Shown here piece after piece: positions 52,506 through 59,708 of a stretch of DNA of 64,000 nucleotides; position 1 is the stretch's first letter; each line of letters starts with the position of its first letter. The stretch is taken from contig JAWOKS010000025.1 in NCBI GenBank assembly GCA_033854115.1, forward strand, positions 19,781 through 83,780, given 5' to 3'. A program made the position numbers and the translations under genes. Under the pieces are notes generated by a model. That model was not told the origin of the DNA and searched no databases. It was given only the letters and a program-made list of their open reading frames with translations. Source of the DNA: Thermoplasmata archaeon (lineage in GTDB: Archaea; Thermoplasmatota; Thermoplasmata; Lutacidiplasmatales; UBA184).

Positions 52506-53437
52506 GCGTAGAGCCCCCGCAGCCGTAGGCGGTAGCGGTCCGAGAGGACCTGGACGGCGACGTTCAGCACGAGGACCATCACGATGAGCAGGAACGCGGC
52601 CTGGAAGGCGAGCACCCGGTACGACCCGAGGTCCGCCGGGAACTGGTAGAAGTTCCAGATCGCGCCCGCGAGGAACGCCGACGGCTGCATCAGGCCCGCG
52701 ACGGGGGTCGAGCTGAACCCGGCGGTAAAGAGGAGGGGGGCCGCCTCGCCGAGGGCGAGCGCCATGGCGAAGAAGATCCCCGTGAGGACGGTCGGAAGCG
52801 CGATCGGGAACGCGAGCCGGAGCAGGTACTGATGCCGGCGGCACCCGAGCGCGATCGCCGCCTCCCGCTGGGAGCCCGGAACGTTCGAAAGCGCGACGTC
52901 CGTCGTGCGGTAGATGTACGGGAACATGAAGATCCCGAGCGTGATCCCGCCGGCGAGCGCCGTGTAACCCCAGTGGGTGTCGAGGACCAGGAGGAAGTAG
53001 CCGAAGTAGCCGAGCACGACGGCCGGGACCCCGGCCAGCACGTTGCCGCCGAGGCGACCGATCCGACGCACGAGGGGCGAAGCGTACTCGCTCGTGTAGA
53101 ACCCGGCGAGGAGCCCGAGGCCGGTCGCGATCGCCGTCGCGAGGGTGGTGAGGACGAGCGTCCCGACGATCATGGCGTAGAGGCCTCCGCCGAGACCGAC
53201 CTGGTTCTCGGTGAGCGTCGCCCACGACATCCGCGGAACGGCCTCCGCCGAGACCCAGTAGATCATGTCGAAGAGCGGGAACAGGACCGCCGCGAACGCG
53301 ACGAGGAGCGCCCATCCGATCGCCCGATCGAACGCCAGGCGCCGACGGAGGCGGCCGGTGGCCCCAACGAGGTCGTCGGGCTCCCGGGGGGCGGGAGGCG
53401 CGGCGGCCCGGACCGCCGCGAACGCCGAGGCGGTCAC
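52502..53437 (-). CDS. pstA: Phosphate ABC transporter permease PstA
   Basis: A polytopic membrane protein with the EAA-like loop SQREAAIALGCRRHQYLLRLAFP. It sits in the pst operon context. Confidence 0.85.
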   Translation of the reverse strand: MTASAFAAVRAAAPPAPREPDDLVGATGRLRRRLAFDRAIGWALLVAFAAVLFPLFDMIYWVSAEAVPRMSWATLTENQVGLGGGLYAMIVGTLVLTTLATAIATGLGLLAGFYTSEYASPLVRRIGRLGGNVLAGVPAVVLGYFGYFLLVLDTHWGYTALAGGITLGIFMFPYIYRTTDVALSNVPGSQREAAIALGCRRHQYLLRLAFPIALPTVLTGIFFAMALALGEAAPLLFTAGFSSTPVAGLMQPSAFLAGAIWNFYQFPADLGSYRVLAFQAAFLLIVMVLVLNVAVQVLSDRYRLRLRGLYA

Positions 53438-54465
53438 GGGCCGCCGGCCCCCCCGACGGTCGTCGCCGTGGCGACCTCCGAGCGCGTGAGCAGCTGGGCC
53501 GCGAGGTTCACCACGACGGCGAGCGCCATCAGGACGAGCGTGAGTTCGACGAGGAACTCAAGGAGGTCCGGGTAGGTGAACGCGCTGTCGAGCTGGGAGA
53601 AGACGTACGAGGCGACCGTGATCGACGGCGCGTAGAGGCTCGCCGGAAGCTCCCGGGCCCCCCCGATCACCATCGCCACCGCGACGCTCTCCCCGACCGC
53701 GCGGCCGAACCCGAGGAGGACGGCGCTCCACAGGCCAAGCCGTCCGACCTTCATCCGGATCCTTCGGGTGACCTCCCAGCGCGTCGCCCCGAGGACGAGC
53801 CCGGCCTCGACGAGGTCCCGCGGGGCGGCGCGGAGCGCCTCGCGCATGAGCGCGGTCGTGAGCGGGACGATCATGATCGTGAGGAGGAACACGGTGAGGA
53901 GGATCCCCCAGGGACCGATCTGGGACGCGGGTCCGCCAAAGCCGGGAAGCCAGCCGAGGAGGTCCCGCAGGTTCGGCTCGAGCTCGAGACCGAAGAAGGG
54001 GGCGAGGACTACGAACCCCCAGAGGCCGTAGACGACGCTCGGGATCCCCGCGAGGAGGTTCGTGAGGACCGTGAGGACGCGGCCCGGCAGGCTCGGCAGG
54101 TAGACCACGAGGGAGATCGCGAGGGCGAGGCTGAGCCCGGTCGCGAGGAGCAGCGCGAGCGAGGCGGTGATCGCCGTGCCCGCGACGTACTCCCCGACCC
54201 CCCAGCTGTTGGGGACCGAGGTCGCGCTCCCGGGGGGAACGAAGTTGAACGTGAAGCTCCAGAACGACGCGCCGAAGTTGTGGAGGTCGCTCGCGATCAC
54301 GAGGACCGTGGTCACGAGCCCGAGGAGCAGGACGGGGAGAAGGGCGGGCCCGTTCGCAAGGAACGAGCCCAGGCGGCCGCGCGTCGCCGCCCGCCCGGAC
54401 GACGGAGGCGACCTCGCCGATCCTCCCGGAGCCGCCGGAGCCGTGGTTCCCTGGGCGCCCGCCAC
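53434..54465 (-). CDS. pstC: Phosphate ABC transporter permease PstC
   Basis: A polytopic membrane protein with the loop DLVEAGLVLGATRWEVTRRIRMKV (EAA motif). It sits in the pst operon context. Confidence 0.85.
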   Translation of the reverse strand: MAGAQGTTAPAAPGGSARSPPSSGRAATRGRLGSFLANGPALLPVLLLGLVTTVLVIASDLHNFGASFWSFTFNFVPPGSATSVPNSWGVGEYVAGTAITASLALLLATGLSLALAISLVVYLPSLPGRVLTVLTNLLAGIPSVVYGLWGFVVLAPFFGLELEPNLRDLLGWLPGFGGPASQIGPWGILLTVFLLTIMIVPLTTALMREALRAAPRDLVEAGLVLGATRWEVTRRIRMKVGRLGLWSAVLLGFGRAVGESVAVAMVIGGARELPASLYAPSITVASYVFSQLDSAFTYPDLLEFLVELTLVLMALAVVVNLAAQLLTRSEVATATTVGGAGGP

Positions 54466-54499
54466 GACGTCGACCTCGCCCGCGGCCCCCGCCGTCCGC

Positions 54500-55756
54500 T
54501 CAGCCCACCGGCACCTGGCCGAGGGCCAGCATGTCGTACCCGACGATCGTCGGTGGCAGGGGGAGGAAGTACGCCTGGGGGGCGTACGTCCCGCCGTAGG
54601 TCAGCGCCCACTCGAGGAACGCGACGACCCACTTTTGGTGGGACGTGCTCGACGGCTCGGTGTTGATGAGCAGGTACTCGAGGTTCGTGTCGGGGTACGG
54701 TGCGGGGTAGTCGACCGTCGCGTTCGTGCCCCCCTGGCCCCGGTGGAGGTCGGTGGCGCCCGCGACGCCTCCGAGGATCAGGCTGATCGCGACGCTCGGG
54801 GGCTCGAGGTGCTGGAGCGAGAGGTTCGCGTCCTCCGCGAGGGTCTGCGGGGTCGGCAGGACGTAGTTGCTCTGGCCGGCTCCGCCCGCGCTCACCGTGC
54901 CGTTGTAGTTCGCGTTGTTGTCGCCGAGCGCTGCGTACTCAAGGTTCGTGTCGGCGCCGATCTGATGGAGGTAGCTGATCCCGATGTACGCGATCCCGTA
55001 CGGTGTGCTGTTGAGCGTCGTGAGCATGCCGGCGTTGCCCGTCGCGCTCGCCTGGCCGCTCGGCCACGTGACGGTCGTGCCGTACCCGGCCGTCCAGCCG
55101 GACCAGGACATGTAGCAGAGCGAGGTGAACATGAACGTGTCCCCGCTGCCGTCGAAGCGGTGGATCGGCTTGATCGTCGCCGACGGGAGGCTCACGTGGG
55201 GGTTCGCGGCCGCGATGGCCGGGTCGTTCCAGCTCGTGAGGTCGCCCTGGTAGATCCTCGCGAGGACCGTCCCGTTGAGGTTGAGGTGGGACGTGATCCC
55301 GGGGAGGTTGTAGACGACGAGTTGGGCCGAGATCGCGATCGGCACGTTGACGAGGTGGTAATGCGAGGCGTTGGCCGGGTCGAGGTAGGCGTCGGTCCCG
55401 CCGAGATCGACGGTACCCGCCTCCGCGGAGCTGATGCCGGTGCCGCTCCCGGAGGAGATCGGGGAGAAGCAGACCCCCGAGTAGGCCGAGGTGAAGCTCG
55501 GCGCGAGGATCTGGAGGTACGGGTAGATCAGGCTCGAGCCCGTCTCGCTGACGGTCGTCTGCCAGCAGCCGGTCCTCGAGCCGCCGTAGTAGGTTCCGAG
55601 CGCGTAGCCACCCCCCATGCCCACGACGAGGAGGGCCACGCCGAGCCCCACCACGAGGCCGGTGGAGAACGAGCTCTTGCGCGACGACCGACGAGCCGCG
55701 GTCGGTCCGATGACGCCGTCGTCGGGGCGCGACGGCCCCGTCGGGGGTCCGCTCAT
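54500..55756 (-). CDS. pstS: Phosphate-binding protein PstS, membrane-anchored
   Basis: Contains SGSGTGISSAEAGTVDLGGTDAYL (PstS-type anion-binding motif) and an N-terminal TM anchor LVVGLGVALLVVGMGGG. I place the start at ATG 55756. The track start at 55972 lies beyond an A/T-rich promoter block. Confidence 0.85.
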   Translation of the reverse strand: MSGPPTGPSRPDDGVIGPTAARRSSRKSSFSTGLVVGLGVALLVVGMGGGYALGTYYGGSRTGCWQTTVSETGSSLIYPYLQILAPSFTSAYSGVCFSPISSGSGTGISSAEAGTVDLGGTDAYLDPANASHYHLVNVPIAISAQLVVYNLPGITSHLNLNGTVLARIYQGDLTSWNDPAIAAANPHVSLPSATIKPIHRFDGSGDTFMFTSLCYMSWSGWTAGYGTTVTWPSGQASATGNAGMLTTLNSTPYGIAYIGISYLHQIGADTNLEYAALGDNNANYNGTVSAGGAGQSNYVLPTPQTLAEDANLSLQHLEPPSVAISLILGGVAGATDLHRGQGGTNATVDYPAPYPDTNLEYLLINTEPSSTSHQKWVVAFLEWALTYGGTYAPQAYFLPLPPTIVGYDMLALGQVPVG

Positions 55757-55800
55757 CGCCCCGCGTCCTCCGGGGTCCGGTCGGTCGGTCCGTTCGAGCC

Positions 55801-56880
55801 GTGCGATCCCCGTCGCGCACCGGAGTTCCGGGCGGTGGCGGTTGGCTGTTGCTGTCCGTTCATGGTTCCTTTTGTGCTCCCTTCGGGCGGACGACGGACC
55901 GGTCGGTATATATCGAGATTCTGCAGAAACTATATTGTAGAATATACCAGTCTCGCTGTGCCGGTCCAGCACGCGCTCCTGTCGGGGCGAGAGGCAAAGC
56001 CGCTATCCTCGCCCACCGGTCCGAGCCTTCCACGCAGCGCTGGCTGGTCCGGTTCGGCTACGACGGACTCGCGTTCGCCGGCTGGGCCCGGCAGCCGGGC
56101 CTCCGGACGGTCGAGGGGGAGCTTCGCCGGGCCCTCGGCCGGTCCCCTCGTCACGGCGCCGCCGAGCCGCCCGAGCTTGAGGTGGCGAGCCGCACCGACC
56201 GCGGCGTGAGCGCGGTCGCGAACGCGCTGACCCTGCGCTCGGGTCTCGAAGGTCCCGCCCTCCTGCGTCGCCTCAACGCGGTCGCCCCCGACGTCTTCTT
56301 CACCGCCGCCGTCCCGGTCTCCGACGGCTTTCGCGTACGCCGGGCGGAGCGGCGGATCTACCGCTACTTCCAGGCCGGGGAGGGGCGGGACGCGGCGGCC
56401 TGGGCGCGGGCCGCCCGCCTCTTCCGCGGCCGCCTCGACATCCGGTCGTTCGGCCGGGGCGTGCCGGCGGGCCGCCCGTGCTGGCGGGACATGGAGGCGG
56501 TCGAGGTCACCCGCCGCGGGGCCGGCCTCGAGGTCGAGGTGCGGGCCCCCTCGTTCGTCTGGGGCATGGTGCGCAAGATCGTCGGGGCCCTTCGGGAGCA
56601 CGAGAAGGGCCGGCTCCCCCTCGACCGGCTCGAGGCCGCGCTCCGGGGCGAGGTGCGCCTCACGCTCCCACTCGCCGAGGCGGAACCCCTCGTCCTCGAG
56701 CGGGTCGAATACCCCCTCGCCTGGGCCATCTCGTGGGCCGGGCCGAACCGCCGCCAGCTCGAGCACGAGCGGCGGCGACGCGAAGAACTGTGGGCCCGCG
56801 CCCAGGTCCTCGCCTGCCTGGTCCGGCCCGGCCCGCTCTCTCCCGCGGAAGCGCCCGCCCGGAGCGGGACAACGGCTTGA
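55801..56880 (+). CDS. truA: tRNA pseudouridine synthase A (TruA/Pus1-like); start uncertain
   Basis: The conserved core starts at 56041 (WLVRFGYDGLAFAGWARQPG). The catalytic motif is ASRTDRGVSAVANAL. The only canonical in-frame starts (GTG 55801, TTG 55849) lie upstream of the A/T-rich promoter block. Confidence 0.75.
   Translation: MRSPSRTGVPGGGGWLLLSVHGSFCAPFGRTTDRSVYIEILQKLYCRIYQSRCAGPARAPVGARGKAAILAHRSEPSTQRWLVRFGYDGLAFAGWARQPGLRTVEGELRRALGRSPRHGAAEPPELEVASRTDRGVSAVANALTLRSGLEGPALLRRLNAVAPDVFFTAAVPVSDGFRVRRAERRIYRYFQAGEGRDAAAWARAARLFRGRLDIRSFGRGVPAGRPCWRDMEAVEVTRRGAGLEVEVRAPSFVWGMVRKIVGALREHEKGRLPLDRLEAALRGEVRLTLPLAEAEPLVLERVEYPLAWAISWAGPNRRQLEHERRRREELWARAQVLACLVRPGPLSPAEAPARSGTTA
55905..55948. 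promoter_or_regulatory. A/T-rich divergent promoter block with inverted repeat GGTATAT...ATATACC
   Basis: The sequence is GGTATATATCGAGATTCTGCAGAAACTATATTGTAGAATATACC. It holds three TATA-like elements, and the terminal 7-nt arms are reverse complements. It lies between pstS (-) and truA (+). Confidence 0.45.
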
Positions 56881-56897
56881 GCCCCGGCGCGCCCGCG

Positions 56898-58202
56898 CTA
56901 GCCGACGCGCTCCCAGCGCTCGAGCTTCTGCACCGCGCTCAAGGTCGAGCCGCGCCGGATCTCCTCGCGGACGCGGTTCTCGTGCTCGAGGACGTCGAGC
57001 GCGCGGTTCGCGATCTCCTGGGCGCGCTCGCGGGGAACGACCACGAGGCCGCTCGCGTCCCCGACGATCCAGTCGCCCGGGCGAACGCGCTGCCCGCCGA
57101 CCATGACCTCGACGCCGATCTCGCCGTGGCCCTTCGGCTCGCCCGCGTTCGCGCTCACGTACCGGCTGAACGCGGGGAACCCGAGGTCGAGGATCGCGTC
57201 GAGGTCGCGGATCGCCCCGTCCACGACGACCCCGGCGAGCTGGCGACCGTGGGCCGACCAGCTCGCGAGCTCGCCCCAGACCGCCGTTTCCCCTCCGCCC
57301 GCATCGACGACCACGACGTCCCCCGGGCCGGCCCGGTCGATCGCCTCGACCGGCTTCGCCCAGTCCCCGTCCCGGGTGACGACCGTCACGGCGGGGCCGG
57401 CCATGCGGACCGTCGGGTCCTTGAGGCGAGGCGCGAGGCCGTGGATCGCCCCCTGCCGCTGCATCGCGTCGGAGAGGTTCGGGGTCGAGACCTTGAGGAG
57501 GGCCGTGCGGACCTCGGCGCTCCCGTAGCGTTGGAACGACGCGCTCGGCACCTCGCGGCGCTCGGCGATCGCGTTCGCGATCGCACGGGTCGCCTCCGTG
57601 ATCTTCGGGCTCTTCGTGATCGCCCCTCCGACGATCAGGATCTGCGCTCCGGCACGCGTCGCGGCCGCCACGCTCTCGCTCGTGAGCCCGCCCGCGACCG
57701 CGACCGGGAGGGGCGACGCCTTCACGAGGCGGTCGAGCTCCTCGAACGGCGTCTTCGCCTGCATCTGCATGTCGATGCCGACGTGCCAGCAGACCGCCGC
57801 CGCCCCGAGCTCGGCCGCCCGGCGTGTCCGCGCGACGGGGTCGGCGACCCCGAGAAGATCGACCATCACCTCCGCCCCGTAGAGCTCGCCTCCGCGGACC
57901 GCCTCCGCGATCGTGTCGTCGTCGGCCGCGCCGAGGACCGTGACGAGGTCCGCGCCCGCCTTCGCGGCGATCTCGACCTCGAAGGCGCCGGTGTCCATGA
58001 TCTTCATGTCCGCGACGATCCGCCGGTCGGGGAACGCCTTCTTGAGCTCGCGGACCGCGTTCAGCCCCTCGCTCTTGATGAGCGGGGTCCCGGCCTCGAT
58101 CCAGTCCGCCCCACCCTCGACCGCCTCGCGCGCCGCCGGGACCGCGCGCGAGAGGTTCTCGAAGTCGAGCGCGACCTGCAGCACGGGTCGGTCGAGCCTC
58201 AT
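56898..58202 (-). CDS. Fusion protein: 3-hexulose-6-phosphate synthase (OMPdecase/HUMPS family) + RraA/DlpA-like domain
   Basis: The N-terminus is LQVALDFENLSRAVPAAREAVEGGADWIEAGTPLIKSEGLNAVRELK...ADMKIMDTG (HPS). The C-terminus is TPNLSDAMQRQGAIHGL...PGDVVVVDAGGGETAVWGELASWSAHGRQLAGVVVDGAIRD (RraA-like). Confidence 0.8.
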   Translation of the reverse strand: MRLDRPVLQVALDFENLSRAVPAAREAVEGGADWIEAGTPLIKSEGLNAVRELKKAFPDRRIVADMKIMDTGAFEVEIAAKAGADLVTVLGAADDDTIAEAVRGGELYGAEVMVDLLGVADPVARTRRAAELGAAAVCWHVGIDMQMQAKTPFEELDRLVKASPLPVAVAGGLTSESVAAATRAGAQILIVGGAITKSPKITEATRAIANAIAERREVPSASFQRYGSAEVRTALLKVSTPNLSDAMQRQGAIHGLAPRLKDPTVRMAGPAVTVVTRDGDWAKPVEAIDRAGPGDVVVVDAGGGETAVWGELASWSAHGRQLAGVVVDGAIRDLDAILDLGFPAFSRYVSANAGEPKGHGEIGVEVMVGGQRVRPGDWIVGDASGLVVVPRERAQEIANRALDVLEHENRVREEIRRGSTLSAVQKLERWERVG

Positions 58203-58225
58203 CGGGGCGGCGAGAGGGGGGGACC

Positions 58226-58236
58226 TCTCTTAACCC
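58226..58236. promoter_or_regulatory. CTCTTAACCC / TTAAGAG box in the 56-bp divergent spacer
   Basis: This is the only A/T element between the hps-rraA start (58202) and the methyltransferase start (58259). It lies about 25-30 nt from each start codon. Confidence 0.3.
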
Positions 58237-58258
58237 ATCCCTCGATCGCCCGGGCTCG

Positions 58259-59065
58259 GTGGGCGGCCGGTCGCGGCAGGGAGGGGTCCGGCTGGTGCGC
58301 GGCGACGCGCGCGTCCTCGAGGGGATCCCCGACGCCTCCGTCGACCTCATCGTCACGAGCCCCCCCTACCCGATGATCCCCCAGTGGGACGAGCTGTTCC
58401 GCCGCCTGGGCGCCACGGACCATGCCGCGATGCTCCGCGTCCTGGCGGACGCCTGGAAGGCGGCCTACCGCGTCCTGGTCCCGGGCGGCCTCCTTGCGGC
58501 GGTCGTCGGGGATGCCCTGCGCCGGGGGGAGGACGGGTTCCGGCTGTGGGCCAACCACGCCGCGACGCTCCTCGACGCCGAGGCCGCGGGGTTCGTGCCG
58601 CTGCCGTACGTCCTGTGGAAGAAGCCGACGAACCGGCCGAACGCCTACCTCGGCTCCGGTTTCCTTCCTCCGAACGCCTACGTCACGCTCGACTGCGAGT
58701 TCGTCCTGCTCCTCAGGAAGGGCGCCCTGCGGGGCTTCCCGCCCCACGACCCCCGCCGCGAGGCGAGCCGGTTCACCCGGGCCGAGCGCGACCGATGGTT
58801 CTCCCAGGTCTGGGACGACGTGCGCGGGGCCCCCCAGCGCGGACCGCGAGGGAGAACAGGGGCGTTCCCCCCGCACCTTCCCGAGCGCCTGATCCGCATG
58901 TTCTCGGTCGTTGGCGACACCGTGCTCGACCCGTTCGCCGGCACCGGAACGACCGTGTGGGCGGCGGCGCGCCTCGGGCGCCGGGCGATCGGGGTCGAGT
59001 ACGATGCCACGACGTTCGCGTCCCTCGTCGCGGACGCGCGGCGCCGGGGCCTCGTCAGGGCGTAG
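58259..59065 (+). CDS. Site-specific DNA methyltransferase, beta class (N4-cytosine or N6-adenine)
   Basis: Motif IV DLIVTSPPYP comes before motif I VLDPFAGTGTT, which is the beta-class order. SPPY is more typical of m4C enzymes. I recognised no restriction endonuclease next to it. Confidence 0.8.
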   Translation: MGGRSRQGGVRLVRGDARVLEGIPDASVDLIVTSPPYPMIPQWDELFRRLGATDHAAMLRVLADAWKAAYRVLVPGGLLAAVVGDALRRGEDGFRLWANHAATLLDAEAAGFVPLPYVLWKKPTNRPNAYLGSGFLPPNAYVTLDCEFVLLLRKGALRGFPPHDPRREASRFTRAERDRWFSQVWDDVRGAPQRGPRGRTGAFPPHLPERLIRMFSVVGDTVLDPFAGTGTTVWAAARLGRRAIGVEYDATTFASLVADARRRGLVRA

Positions 59066-59684
59066 GCGCCGCGGGCGGCGGTGCGGCCGCCGGGGGAGCC
59101 TCCGCGGGCGGGGCTGGGGCCGAGGACGCCGCCGTGGGCTCGGGCGTCCCGTCGGGGTCCGTCGAAGTGAGGGGCGCGATCGGGGTCGGCGGCGGGAGCG
59201 GCCCGGGGGAGGTCCTCGCCCGGTGGGCGAGCTCCTCGTCCACCGTGGTGCGGAGGTAGCGGAGCGCGGCGTCCCCGAGGCGGTCGAGGTGCAGGAGAAG
59301 GTAGTGGAGGTAGAGCCGCTCCGGTCGGGAGAGCGGCCCCGGTAGACGGACCCGCTCCCCGAGCGCGGCGGGCGGGGGGCGATGCCGCTCGAGGGTCTCC
59401 GCGTGGTGCTCGTGGTCCGGGCCGTGGTAGTCCCGCCCCGCCGCTCCCACGAGCGGAGGGTAGACGTGGCCGACCGGGTCGTAGCGTTCCTCGGGGGCGT
59501 TCGCCCCTCCGTTCCCGCCTCTTCCCGACGCGGCTCCGAGCTTCGCCTGGAGGTACGGGTGCACGGGCCGGCTGGGGTCCTGGAACTCCCCGATCGGCCG
59601 ACCGGAGACGTCCTCGACGATCGTCTTCAGGCTCCAGCTCGCGCGTCGCCGCGCCGGGCCGTCGGCCGTCGCACCGTCCGGCAC
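59055..59684 (-). CDS. Hypothetical protein with a His-rich patch and a Pro/Ala-rich tail
   Basis: ORF 59055..59684(-), immediately downstream of the VirB4-like gene. The central region has ordinary composition (RLYLHYLLLHLDRLGDAALRYLRTTVDEELAHR). It also has DYHGPDHEHHAETLERH. I recognised no family. Confidence 0.45.
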   Translation of the reverse strand: MPDGATADGPARRRASWSLKTIVEDVSGRPIGEFQDPSRPVHPYLQAKLGAASGRGGNGGANAPEERYDPVGHVYPPLVGAAGRDYHGPDHEHHAETLERHRPPPAALGERVRLPGPLSRPERLYLHYLLLHLDRLGDAALRYLRTTVDEELAHRARTSPGPLPPPTPIAPLTSTDPDGTPEPTAASSAPAPPAEAPPAAAPPPAAPTP

Positions 59685-59708
59685 GCCGGAAAGGGGTCGT
59701 TGCCCGGT

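Noticed and set aside
51738-53315. 525-aa ORF covering pstB and part of pstA.
   Set aside because: PstB motifs begin right after ATG 52505, which overlaps the stop of the genuine pstA frame (52502..53437). The extension is off-frame over pstA.
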